Below, one piece after another: positions 12,084-23,740 of a stretch of DNA of 64,000 nucleotides (position 1 is its first letter; each line of letters starts with the position of its first letter). Position numbers and translations under genes: made by a program. This DNA is from Octopus bimaculoides (lineage: Eukaryota), in NCBI RefSeq assembly GCF_001194135.2, contig NC_068985.1, positions 26,244,386 through 26,308,385 of the forward strand. Direction: 5' to 3'. The notes beneath the pieces are model-generated. The model was given only the letters and a program-made list of their open reading frames with translations, ran no database searches and was not told the origin of the DNA.

Positions 12084-12594
12084 GTAAGCCTATTAAGTAT
12101 CTTATATTTTACTTAGGGATGTAATTATTCGAAAGCTTACAAGAAGTTATAAACACCAAATAATTCTCGTGTGTATATATTCGTCTCCCTATGGCATTTA
12201 TACATTTATGCGAATTATTATCTAGCAAAATGTAAATTAACCTGTCCGTGGAGGTTGTTATTTAATTGCAGAGTACATGTACATGTATTCTTGATACTTT
12301 AACGAAATGTTTTTAGTTCTAAGCTTGCAGATTGAACATATCTATAATCAAAGGCATATTCAACTTTGGGCATCTCATTCTTTTTGCGCTACTATGTATT
12401 TAAAAATGCATTATATAGTTTGAGAATCGTTGGCTGCTATTTCAAACAGGTCGAGCGATCACAAAGATGCTCCCAGATGAGGTTTCCGTAAATGTGACTG
12501 ATCACTAGGAATGCTGTCAACTGTTTAGGAATGGAGAAAGATAGGGCTTGGTGGGACAAACACAGGCACACACACAAATATATACATATATTTG

Positions 12595-12732
12595 GGCACT
12601 GTCATGGTATTAGCTGTCAGAATTGAAAGTAGAACTGACAAGGAACGTTACTGCTGGTTTGAGTTGATTCTTTGGCTACTGACTAGCCGGAGCTATCTAT
12701 CTGTCTGTTTGTCTATCTCACTATCTCTCTAT

Positions 12733-12766
<34 letters not shown>

Positions 12767-13226
12767 CACTCGTTCACCTCTGTTTGTGTCCGTAGAATTT
12801 ATCAAATTAGAAAACGCAAATTTAATATATATTTTCTGAAATTGCAAATTATTTAAAATATAAAAATATAATTTTCAACAGAGAATTTATCAAAATAGAA
12901 AACAAATGAAGTTTGAAGTTTAAAAATAATAGGATCGACCACTCACGACTAGCTAGCGCGGACGCGCGACTGCGCGTTCGGGACCACTCTGCTTTAGTAG
13001 TACCCTTATACTCTGTGTGATTTCAAACGCATGGATATAGGTGTCAAATTTGTTCCAATAACTTTCGAGTGATAGATAGATAGATAGAGAGAGACAGACA
13101 GATAGCTCGCTCCGGCCAGTCATGGTATTAGCTGTCAGTAGCCAAAGAATCAACTCAAACCAGCAGTAACGTTCCTTGTCAGATTTTTCTACTTTCACTT
13201 CTGACAGCTAATACCATGACAGTGCC
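12595..13226. mobile_element. Foldback/MITE-like element with ~170-bp inverted arms containing (TATC)n/(GATA)n
   Basis: Arms 12595-12772 and 13066-13226 are reverse complements (ggcactgtcatggtattagctgtcag ... ctgacagctaataccatgacagtgcc). No TSD found. Confidence 0.85.
12931..13004. mobile_element. Solo terminus of the same family as the 38189-38421 MITE
   Basis: aggatcgaccactcacgactagctagcgcg...tgcgcgttcggg...gctttagtagtacc matches the right TIR at 38356-38421. Confidence 0.85.
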
Positions 13227-13344
13227 TCGTAATACATAGGTATTTGCGGCCGGTCCCTGTTTTTGAGAATAGTTCTCCCTCTCACTCCATCAGTCCTGAA
13301 ATTATGCATACTAATCTTTCCCCTAACTAAGCAATAATAATAAT

Positions 13345-13530
13345 AATAATCCTTTTTACTACAGGCACAAGGCCTGAAATTTGTGGGGAGGGGACTAGTC
13401 GATTATATCGACCCCAGTGTTTCACTGGTACTTAATTTATTGACCCCCAAAAGGATGAAAGGCAATGTCGACCTCAGCAGAATTTGAACTCATAACGTAA
13501 GGATGGATAAAATGTCACTAAGCATCTTAT
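13345..13530 (-). mobile_element. SINE family E copy
   Basis: Reverse complement of the 29215 copy, with an (AAT)n run at the tail. Confidence 0.75.
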
Positions 13531-13594
13531 TTTAGTTTCTTGTTGCAATCTTTCATTAAATATTATGCTAATATAATTTGATATTAGAAATAGT

Positions 13595-13890
13595 GTGAAG
13601 GTACGTGGCTTAGTGGTTAAAGCAATCGGTTCACAATCATAAGGTCGTGTATTCGATTCCTGGTGGCATGCTATGTCCTTGAGCAGGACACTTTATTTCA
13701 TATTGCTCCAGTCCACTCTGCTGACAAAAATAAGTAGTACCTGTATTTCAAAGGGCCAACCACGTCACATTCTGTATCACCCTGAAAATTATGTTAAGGG
13801 TATGCATGACTGTGGAGTGCTCAGCCACTTGCATGTTAATTTCACATGTAGTATCAACTGGAATCCTCATCGTCGTAACATGGAGTGCCA
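13595..13890 (+). mobile_element. tRNA-derived SINE family C copy
   Basis: A box tggcttagtgg and B-box-like gtattcgattcc. The 3' part matches 11497-11700. Confidence 0.8.
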
Positions 13891-13904
13891 GTTTTAGAAA
13901 TATT

Positions 13905-14160
13905 AGGTTGTCCGGAAAGTTGTGAGCATTTTTAAGCTAAATCTTTTAATGATTCATTGAACACACCTGGAATGTAACACTTTGGCGTTGCTTGAAGTGG
14001 TGGTGCATCTCTTCTTTGTTCCTCACTAAAAATAGATTCATCTTTCGTTTTGGTTACCCGTTATTGACATTTAAAATAGATACCCCAAAATTTCATATTT
14101 GTGTTGTAATGCTTATCTTTTTTAAAAAAGGAGTAAATGCTGCAAAGATTTCCTGCCAAT
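13905..14160 (+). mobile_element. Mariner 5' remnant
   Basis: TIR-like ttaggttgtccggaaagt, followed by a decayed DTPKFHICVVMLIFFKKGVNAAK. Confidence 0.6.
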
Positions 14161-14277
14161 GAGAAACATATTATCAATGTCCTTATTCTCTCTCTCTCTC
14201 TCTCTCAAAAAAAAAAAGAAAAGAAAAAAGACAACAAAATCCCATTATATTAACTGTAATGACATAACCTCAACTTT

Positions 14278-14455
14278 ATAGTAAAAGCAGCAAAATCTCT
14301 CTCAAATCAAACCCTACTGTTTTAAAAAATGAAATTACCCATTTTATAATGCAGTCCTAGATACACTGTCTGAATAAAGAGTGGATGGGTAAGGACCAGA
14401 ATGCCTTTGATCATAGGTTTGCTTGATCAGGTTTATTTGGGGCTAAACAGCAACA
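14278..14455 (+). repeat. Dispersed repeat family D (tail ggggctaaacaacaac)
   Basis: Similar segments at ~23280-23450, 36427-36600, 39550-39960, 50330-50730 and 63515-63730. Confidence 0.65.
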
Positions 14456-14556
14456 ACCATTAAGACAAATACTTTCATCCAGAAGGTGAGTCTGAGTAGG
14501 ACTTGACGTATTGATGTTGCGACTGACATTATTACTTCAAGTAAAACATAAAGTAC

Positions 14557-14926
14557 CATCATCATCATCATCGTTTAACGTCCGCTTTCCATGCTAGCAT
14601 GGCTTGGACGATTTGACTGAGGACTGGTGAAACCAGATGGCTACACCAGGCTCCAATCTGATTTGGCAGAGTTTCTACAGCTGGATGCCCTTCCTAACGC
14701 CAACCACTCCAAGAGTGTAGTGGGTGCTTTTATGTGCCACCGGCACGAAGGCCAGTCAGGCAGTACTGGCAAGAGCCACGCTCAAAATAGTGTATTTTAC
14801 GTGCCACCTGCACAGGAGCCAGTCCAGCGGCACTGGCAACGATCTCGCTCGAATGTCCTTACATGTGCCAGGGCACAGGTGCCATCACGATTTCACTTTC
14901 GCTTGCCTCAACAGGTCTTCTCAAGC
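14557..14926 (-). mobile_element. 5'-truncated RTE-type retroposon with (GAT)n tail
   Basis: catcatcatcgtttaacgtccgctttccatgctagc... shared with many copies. Flanked by 103-bp direct repeats. Confidence 0.9.
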
Positions 14927-15231
14927 TGAGTTTCTGTGTAGGACCATTAAAACAAATATTTTCATCCAGAGGGTGAGTCTGAGTAGGGCTTGACATATTG
15001 ATGCTGCAACTGACATTGTTACTCCAAGTAAAACATAAAGCACCAATAGGAAAATATTAAATAATCGGATAAAAATTTAAAACTAAGAAAATACAAAAAT
15101 ACCAACTGAAAATATAATTCTTTTAGCTTTTGACATGCATATCAACATATACACACAAACACTATGTAATTATATTTTTTAAATGTTTTCTGTGGTATTC
15201 ACTTAGAAATGTTACATGGATTTTATTGCAG

Positions 15232-15343
15232 AAGCAGTATGATTGATATAAAATTGCTTCAGAAATTGAGAGAAAAACCAAGAGGAGTTAATGCAGCCAG
15301 TTTAGCCTTTGGTAAAAGTACAAAAAAGGATGAAATTGAAGCT
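15232..15343 (+). CDS. C9orf78: C9orf78 exon 2 (SSMIDIKLLQKLREKPRGVNAASLAFGK)
   Basis: Homologous to human VQNLRKRPNGVSAVALLVG. Acceptor ttttattgcag, donor gtatgt. Confidence 0.92.
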
Positions 15344-16142
15344 GTATGTGTAACTGTTTACTTATTTATTCTTTTAAATATTCTTAATAATTTCTTTTAT
15401 TTTTATTTTTTTTTTCATCTTCCCATCATTGGTTAAATATCTATGAATAAACATTTTCTGGTTTGAATATTTGAGAAGGAGGCCATTGTCATGGTGTTAG
15501 CTTTTTCCACGCTAACGTGGATTAGATGAGAATCGCTGAGGCAGAATTCTATGTTTGGATGTCTTTCCTTTTGCCAATCCTTATTCATTTCTAAGTAAGG
15601 ATTGGTAACAAACTATTGAATGGTTAGACATGCTCTTATTATAGACACCAACAATGATTAGCCTTGCCCTATTAGTAATGACATTGTCTCTGTTAAATGT
15701 TCAATGTCAAGATACAGATGGCAACACACACGTACACACACACACACATGTATGTACATACATACATACCTACCTACATACATTCATATGTACTTATATA
15801 TGACAACACTCTGTATAGTTTCTACCTACCAATTTCTCTCATATTGGTCAACCTGAGACTATAGAACACAGTTTCTCACAGTGTCGTGTAGTGGTACTGA
15901 ACTCAAAGCTATGTGCTTTCAAAGCAAATTCTTAACCATACAACCATTAGAAATCTGAAAACAAAGTCAAATAGGTATGTAAGTCAAATGATATTTTTGT
16001 TATCAGTTTCATTGAGTTGGTATTTAATTTATATGTATATTTACACATAGCATAACATATTTATGGAATTTGTTCATTGAAAATGTTTGATAATTTGTAA
16101 AGGTCTTTAAGAAATTGATCACCATTTTCCATGCATTTCCAG

Positions 16143-16204
16143 AGTGACCCGTTCAAAATGAAAACTGGTGGAATTGTTGATATGAAAGCTTTAAAGAACA
16201 GTGT
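16143..16204 (+). CDS. C9orf78: C9orf78 exon 3 (SDPFKMKTGGIVDMKALKNS)
   Basis: Matches DDPFQMKTGGMVDMKKLK. AG/GT flanks and phase fit. Confidence 0.95.
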
Positions 16205-16505
16205 GTAAGCACAATCTCATTTTATGTCAATCTGTATTTAGAAATGCTTATAATTGATTAATTTTTGTTTACTTGTTCATATTGGTTTCATTGGTTATAT
16301 TAGAGAAAAAAATGAATTATATATTTTGAGCAATAGAGTAATGATGAGTTAGTACTTTTTAACTATTTTATTGATTTTATCAAAATAGTGTTTATTCCAA
16401 TAATGATTTAATTATTATTGCTTTACCAGAGCAAACTACAAACTAAAATAATTTAATAACTAATATGGTAATATATGAGTGATTATTTATACATTTCATC
16501 TTCAG

Positions 16506-16586
16506 ATCACTGCAAGGAGGTGATATAGAATCAATAGGAACAGCTTTTGCTGCTGAGACAAACATTCGAGACGAAGATGCAGAAAT
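16506..16586 (+). CDS. C9orf78: C9orf78 exon 4 (GTAFAAETNIRDEDAEM)
   Basis: Matches GTSFSAETNRRDEDADM. AG/GT flanks. Confidence 0.95.
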
Positions 16587-16879
16587 GTAAGCATTATTTT
16601 AATGTTTTTTTGTGTGTGTGCATGTGTGTTAGTCAGAAGAAGAATGGCAGTGCCAGTGGTCTTTAAGACCTACCACACTTCTAAGGTCAGTGTAGTTGAC
16701 ACTTAATTTGAACATCTATAGGCAGATGTTTGCTGGATCAAGCTAAATATTGCAAGGCTTTCAATCTTGTATTTACTGTTTCTATCTTGATTACATTTTT
16801 GTCCAAAATAATGCATTTGACGTCTGAAAAGAGCTGAAATATTTTGTCTTCTCCTTTTTTAACTAAAACAGGCAAAGGG

Positions 16880-17212
16880 TAAAGACCCCCATTGGTCATG
16901 AATGACCATGGAATTGCACCTACAAAGTTCCTCTCTGAGGCACAAGTCCAGGCAAGGTTGTTTATGGAAGACCAGCAGTCGTCCATGCATAACAGCCTCC
17001 CCTCTCCATGCCACCAGTGTTATCCAAGGGAAAGGCAAAGACTGATACAACTTGGCATCAGTGTCATTGCAACTCATTTCTACAGCTGAGTGAACTGAAG
17101 CAATGTGAAATAAAATGTCTTGCTCAAGAACACAACACAAAGTTCAGTCTGGGAATTGGACTCACTGCCTCATGGTTGTGAGCCCAACACTCTAACCACT
17201 GAGTCATGCGCC
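16880..17212 (-). mobile_element. tRNA-derived SINE family C-related copy
   Basis: Minus strand head ggcgcatgactcagtggttagagtgttggg...agtccaattcc. Confidence 0.7.
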
Positions 17213-17377
17213 TTTTTTTTAACTACTAAATATATATATATATATATATATGTATATGTATATGAAGTAAACATAAATGGCATTTAAAATTTATGACAGC
17301 TGTTTTGGTAGAACTTTGTGTATTTAATGCAGTCATAAAAGATTACATCATAATATGCCAGTACCATGTGATTAGCC

Positions 17378-17566
17378 CTTGTGCCGGTGGCACATAAAAG
17401 CATCCACTACACTCTCAGAGTGGTTGGCATTAGGAAGGGCATCCAACTGTAGAAACTCTGCCAGATCAGATTGGAACCTGGTGCAGCCTTCTGGCTTGCC
17501 AGTCCTCAGTCAAATCGTCCAACCCATGCTAGCATGGAAAGCGGACGTTAAACGATGATGATGATG
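17378..17566 (+). mobile_element. 5'-truncated RTE-type retroposon with (GAT)n tail
   Basis: Ends gcggacgttaaacgatgatgatgatg. Confidence 0.9.
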
Positions 17567-18031
17567 ACAATGATATAATAATCCACCATCATCAGGTTAA
17601 ATTTTAAACAGGTGAGATGTATGTATGTATGAATGTATGTATGTACGTATGTACCTTCACTTGCACTCAGATATTTCAAAAATGGATATGAAATGTTTTA
17701 ACCCTTTTTTTTATTAACCTGCCCAAGACTGCCCCTTGTTTCATGATACAAGCTTCCTGTTTTAAAGTGATCTAAATTAAAACCTTCAATCAAAATTCCA
17801 TGTTAATTTATGTTCCAAACCCTGGTTTAATAATAATTGGGTTATTTTATGAATTCTTCATCATTTTCAAAATTAGTCGAAATGAAGAAATATAGTAAGA
17901 AAAGGATTAACAATTTCTTTTGCTTGTGTCACTTGAAAACTGTAATGCAGTAATATTATAGGGTTTAAAGAAAATGAAATATTTTTTTTAGCTACTTTTG
18001 TACCTTCTTTTCTTTTTCCATTTTTTGATAG

Positions 18032-18097
18032 GTTAAAATATGTAGAGGAAGAATTGGCCAAGAAGAAAGGGCATGTTACAGAGAAAAGCCAAGAGAA
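18032..18097 (+). CDS. C9orf78: C9orf78 exon 5 (LKYVEEELAKKKG)
   Basis: Matches MKYIETELKKRKG. AG/GT flanks. Confidence 0.95.
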
Positions 18098-19229
18098 GTA
18101 ATTTTTTTTTTTCATTTGTTCCAGTCATTAGACTGTGACCATGCTGGGGCACCAACTTGATAACAATACAAAATTATAAAATAGTTTTACTTTTCAAAAT
18201 GAAACAAAACCAATAGTAAGATGGAAAATGTTTGGCCTGGTGCAGCCTCCTGGCTTTGCAGACTCCAGTCGAACCATCCAACCCATGCCAGCATGGAAAA
18301 CGGATGTTAAACAATAATGATGATGATGATGACGACAGCTGCCGCTGCCGATGACTTCCATTTTATTTGTTTTTGAAAAGTTTTGTCCCACTTTCTTTTT
18401 ATTTGTTAAGGCTTTGATCAGATCCTTACTATGACACCATAAACATTTCGAAATTATATTTCCGGTCATATAAACCACTTTGAATATTTTTTTAGCAAGT
18501 TTAAAGTGATTTCTTTTGTACCGTAAACCATTTACCATTTCTGTGGAGTCCCCCTTCCCTTGATGCTCTAAGCATGTGCTTATTTTGCTTAATGGTTAAT
18601 CCAGCACTGGTGGAGAAGCAAACTTCTTGCCACACAGCCCCATCTGCTCCTGTTGTTCTAAATATGAAAATATTTGAAAAGTTGTTTGTTGCTTATCATT
18701 CTAATTATAATATATGTAATAAAAATTTCATGAACTACATCAAGTAAGCTAGAGATTGACTTCCAACACAAGGTCTTGTCCTTTTTGTGGTGTTGACATC
18801 ACTGAGAGCTATACCAGAAGAGTGCAATCTCCTAGAAGGGCTCCTCCTGTGTTGGACAGGTCAAATAACAGAGGCCAGACTAATATGAACCCCCTCTTCC
18901 CATAGGTCAAAATGGGTTTGTGTAGGGCCAACACCTCTACTTTAGAGAAAACAAAGTTACAGAAGCATCAATGGCAATTCAAAACCAACATAATCAGAGA
19001 GAGGAAGGCTTTCCCTCAAGAACATCAAGACAATGTATAAAATGGGAAGAACTCAATAATGGCCTAGACACCATTTTGAGCAAAGGGCTAAAGTCAGTAG
19101 ATATGTATCTAAGCTTATTTTAAGAATTGTGATAATTTTAGAATTATTTATCACAATTTATTTTAGTGGTTTATAAATTTCTAGTTGTCATTTTACTTTC
19201 AATTTAATCTTTAATTTTTTTTTCAACAG

Positions 19230-19361
19230 ACAAGCTCATGCAGAAGATGCACTTTACCAACTTCCTGAAAACCTAAAAGTTGAATCATCTACAAAGAAAA
19301 GTGAAGACATGTTGTCAAATCAGATGCTGTCTGGGATTCCAGAAATTGACCTTGGAATTGA
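19230..19361 (+). CDS. C9orf78: C9orf78 exon 6 (EDALYQLPENLKV...MLSNQMLSGIPEIDLGI)
   Basis: Highly conserved MLSNQMLSGIPEVDLG motif. Confidence 0.97.
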
Positions 19362-19520
19362 GTATGTGGCAAATTTAAATTCTTTATATATAAATATATA
19401 TATTGTAATGAAAATTTAACTGCCTTCCTTGAAATACCTATCAAGTTATTCTTTGTAATCATGAGTCTAGTATATTTATCATGAATTTCTGAGATCCTTT
19501 TTTTCTTTCTTTCTTTCTTT

Positions 19521-19902
19521 CTTTTACTTGTTTTAGTCATTTGACTGCGGCCATGCTGGAGCACCGCCTTCAGTCGAGCAAATCGATCCCAGAACTTATT
19601 CTTTGGAAGCCTAGTACTTATTTTATCAGTCTCTTGTGCCGAACCACTAACTTATGGGGACGTAAACACATCACCATCGGTTGTCAAGCGATGTTGTGGG
19701 GACAAGCACAGACACACAAACATATACACACACATACATATATACGACTGGCTTCTTTCAGTTTCTGTCTACCAAATCCACTCACAAGGCTTTGGTCAGC
19801 CCGAGGCTATAGTAGAAGACACTTGCCCAAGGTGCCACGCAGTGGGAACGAACCCGGAACCATGTGGTTGGGAAGCAAGCTACTTACCACACACCTACTC
19901 CT
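19521..19902 (-). mobile_element. SINE family B, full length
   Basis: Reverse complement of 30343-30725. Source of the spurious ORF 19541..19948. Confidence 0.88.
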
Positions 19903-20311
19903 GTGCTCATTTTATGCATGTTTTTCTTTCCATTGCAACATAGGTTAAATGAAAGCATATTATCAAGGCATTGTTTTTACCTGGATGGCCTTTCTGTCAC
20001 TATTTCTTTCCTGGTTTTTAGTAAGAGATTTTTTGTTCCACTCATCTTCAAAAGAACAGAACCACTGGACAATTTGTTGACCTGGAAATATCAACAGATG
20101 ACACCAACCCTCAGCTCAGTGCAGAATGTAAACATTCACACTGACTCAGACATGCACATACCCTCATACCTGACCTGGCTCTTGGGTGCCTTTAATAGGG
20201 TCCATTCTGTAGCTAGCGTTCATGCTGTGTTTCTAGTTTAGAGATAACTTTTCTTCTTCTTGCCAATCTTAGGGGCTCTGAAAAAAAGGACATTGGTGCT
20301 TCTTGACTAAG

Positions 20312-20560
20312 TGAAGGTACATGGCCCAGTTGTTTACATGTCGTACTCACGATTTCAAGATCATGGTTTCAATTCCTGTACTGGGTGGTGCATTGTGTTC
20401 TTGAGCAAAACACTTCATTTCACATTGCTCCAGTCCACTCAGCTGTAAAGGATAACCATGTGATGGACTAGCATCCTGTTCTGGAGAAATTTTGTGCCTT
20501 GAGTCACTTGTATGCCATGGAAACTGTGGCCCTTGTTAGTCCTCAGACTCAAGACAGTAC
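20312..20560 (+). mobile_element. tRNA-derived SINE family C copy
   Basis: gtgaaggtacatggcccagttg ... ggtttcaattcc ... ttgctccagtccactcagctg. Confidence 0.7.
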
Positions 20561-20682
20561 TTCTTTATTAAATAAAAAGAAAGAAAGACACTGTAAATCA
20601 AATCCTTAGATTACAAAATCAGTTCTATTACTGCGCCTTTTAAATATAACTATCTCTTTTGTTAATATTTCACTTGCATAAA

Positions 20683-20897
20683 GCAGCGAGCTGGCAGAAT
20701 TGTTAGCATGCCGAGCAAAATGCTTAACAGCATTTAATCCATTTTCATGTTTTGAGTTCAAATCCTACTGATGTTGACTTTACCTTGCATCCTTTCGGGG
20801 TCAATAAAATAAGTACCATCTGAGCAATGGGGTCAATGTAATTAACTTACTCCCTCCCTCAAACTTGCTGGTGTGATGCCAAAATTTGAAACCAGTA
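20683..20897 (+). mobile_element. SINE family E copy
   Basis: gcagcgagctggcagaattgttagc head. Its tail lies just upstream of the exon 7 acceptor. Confidence 0.8.
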
Positions 20898-20921
20898 TTT
20901 CACTTGTATTATTTTTTACAG

Positions 20922-21058
20922 TGCTAAAATTAGAAACATTGAACATACAGAAGATGCCAAACAGAAGCTTGTTCAAGAAATGATGAAGAAGAAAGACAGT
21001 GAAGTCTCTGAATTTGTTCCTACAAATATGGCTGTGAATTTTGTACAACACAATCGCT
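20922..21058 (+). CDS. C9orf78: C9orf78 exon 7 (AKIRNIEHTEDAK...FVPTNMAVNFVQHNR)
   Basis: Matches AKIKNIISTEDAK...FVPTNMAVNYVQHNR. Confidence 0.97.
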
Positions 21059-21899
21059 GTAAATATCTAAAGTTACTTCTTTGTTTATCTTTTTCCTCTT
21101 ACATTCTCATTTCAGCATGACTAAAGTATGAGTGACTGCCTTAATTAATTTGCTCTGTACTTGTTTTTTTGTTTTTTATCAGTAACTATATATTTTTCAA
21201 AAATCTCCTCTATGTTGAGCTTTTTAAAACCTGTATCTATTCAGGTTTCCTTGCTTAACAGTAATAGAATGTTTATGTATGTCTTCATCGTTTTAATGTC
21301 CACTTTTTATCAAATGGAGTTCAGTGAGGTAGATTTTTGATGGCCAGATGTCCTTCCTGTCACCCACCATCACCTATTTCCAAGCAAGGTAATATTTCGC
21401 CATGGCCAGACACGTTTTCACAGAAAATTTGGAAATGAATGAATATCACAGCGACATTCATTTACTACTGTCACACAGTGTCAAGACACAAACACACACT
21501 CACACATGCACAATGATCTTCTTTCAGTTCCCATCTATCAAATACACTGGCAAGGCTTTGGTTGGCCCTGAGCTATAATATAAGGTGCCATGCCATGAGA
21601 TTGAACCTGAAACCATTTAGGTGGCAAGCAATCTTAATAATACTGGTATGTCTGCACCTGCATGATGTCATATGAATATTTTTTTTAAGCAGGCAAAAGA
21701 CCCTGGAATGTGACAATTGGTCTTTTACCAAAATTATTAGCAGCAATGAATGAAGAATTATTAATTTCCGTTTATTTTATGCACAAACATTTGTTATTTT
21801 ATGGAAATTGCTTAAAGTATTGGTAATATTATATAAACACTGAAATGTTTAAAACCATATTTTGTCATTCTCTGCTTTTTTTCCTGTTTCTATTTATAG

Positions 21900-22007
21900 T
21901 TACAATTGAAGAAAGTGGACCTCGATTAAAAGACAAGCATTTGCTTCTGAAACCAAAGCTTCTCAGAGTGGGAGATGCTGAGAAAATTGGTGAAATGGAT
22001 AAAAAAT
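21900..22007 (+). CDS. C9orf78: C9orf78 exon 8 (KPKLLRVGDAEK)
   Basis: Matches PLRVGDTEK. Phases fit. Confidence 0.92.
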
Positions 22008-22865
22008 GTGAGTTGTAATTCATTTATTTTATCATACAATGATATCTGTGTAAGAGCTAAATAAAATTTTAATAAAACTGGTTAGATGGGTCATAGCATT
22101 ATGAAGCTAGTTAAATAATAAAGTATGTGGGAATGGCAAATATTGATATTTTGGTAGATAATTTATGTGTGAGATAACATTGATAAAATGGATACCTACA
22201 TTAGTAAATTTCTATAATTATTTATATTTATATATCTATTTTATATTCATGGAACAATTTAAGCTCAGCTCTGTGAGCTAATGAAACCCTCATTTACAGA
22301 GGTTCTGTTGACTCCAACAATGGATTATATCTCACTGTGGTGTCTATTTTACAGTTAACTCAACTGAGCCATTGGGAATGTTTTTTTGTTTTTTTTAATC
22401 AAATTTTTGCAAGTAAAACACTGCAGGACCAATTACTGTATATGAACAAATGATTTTTATGACTGTTGGTTAGAAAGCATTTGTGACAGCTGAGAAAAAA
22501 AGAAAACAAAAATAGGTTGGGGAAGATAGAGAAAGAAGATATAGATAACATTAGCAGTTGGCTTCAGAAAAAACCAGCTCAACAACATGCAAAGTTGTGT
22601 ATAGAACAAGATGGCATGAAAGCTCATGATTATCAATGCCAATAAGCATGGCACATAAAGAGAGAATCTTGTGTACTTTCTACCAAAAATGAACTGATCC
22701 TATTTTTCATATGAATAAAATATAGTTTCTGTTTATGTGGTGGAGGAGTGAGAATCTGTACAAACATTGAACAAAAGAAAGAAAAAATAGGGAGGAAAGG
22801 GAAGATTTGAAGTCCTCTTTGTAAATTTAAGCTCTGTTTTATTGACTAATAATAATCTTGTGGCC

Positions 22866-23056
22866 ATCATGCCAGTGGCACGTAAAAGAACCCACTACAC
22901 TCTCGGAGTGGTTGGCGTTAGGAAGGGCATCCAGTTGTAGAAACTCTGCCAAATCAGATTGGAGCCTGGTGTAGCCTTCGGGTTCCACCAGTCCTCAGTC
23001 AAATCGTCCAACCCATGCTAGCATGGAAAGCGGACGTTAAACGATGATGATGATGA
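22866..23056 (+). mobile_element. 5'-truncated RTE-type retroposon with (GAT)n tail
   Basis: Same sequence family as 17378-17566. Confidence 0.9.
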
Positions 23057-23740
23057 ATCAGGAACAAACTTCCAGTTGAAGGTATTCACCTGGTTCTTCA
23101 TGTCTGTTATTTTCTTCTATCACTTAGTGTGAAAATATAACTTTTCACTTTTCTAAGTGTGAAGCGTTGCAATTTTAAAAGATAAATTGAATATGGTTAG
23201 CTTTTCTCTAAGCAGTGTATCTATCACACAACTCTCCAGCAAATTGAATACAAACACCTGCAAAGGATCTGTGTGTGTGGTTGCTCAGCCTGCTAAGTAT
23301 AACAGCTAAATCTTAAAAGAGGATACACAAGAGAATATAGTTTTTGACACATTATGTCTGACAAAAAAAGATGGAATGATTATGGCTGGAATACCTTTGA
23401 TTATAGGCCTGTCTGATTAGAGATGGCTAAGGGCTCTGATCAAACATATATCAATATAATTTTTATGTCCACTTTTCCATGCTTGCATGGGTTAGAGTTT
23501 ATTGAAGCAGATTTTCTACGTCTGGATGCCCATCCTGTAACCAACACTCAGTTGTTTCCATGCAAGATATTTGCCTATGATCAGACATGATTATGCAGAA
23601 TATTGGAAATGACTGACACTGCTTGTATGACAATGACACAACTATCAAACAATGTCAGATACAAATAGCATAAATGATTGTCTGAAATCTTATTGAAGCT
23701 AATTTTATTGTAAACATTTCTCTTGTATTCTATTTTACAG

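Noticed and set aside
12931-13004. Functional link between the telomeric-MITE family and the 'telomere length and silencing' gene C9orf78
   Set aside because: This copy has no TTAGGG, and the gene's role is spliceosomal; the link is a naming coincidence.
12592-13198. Two ORFs sharing the peptide DKERYCWFELILWLLT
   Set aside because: This follows from the inverted-repeat arms, and both run into microsatellites.
19541-19948. Recurrent ORFs at 7549, 19541 and 34249 with similar peptides
   Set aside because: They are translations of SINE family B copies, with different stops and frames.
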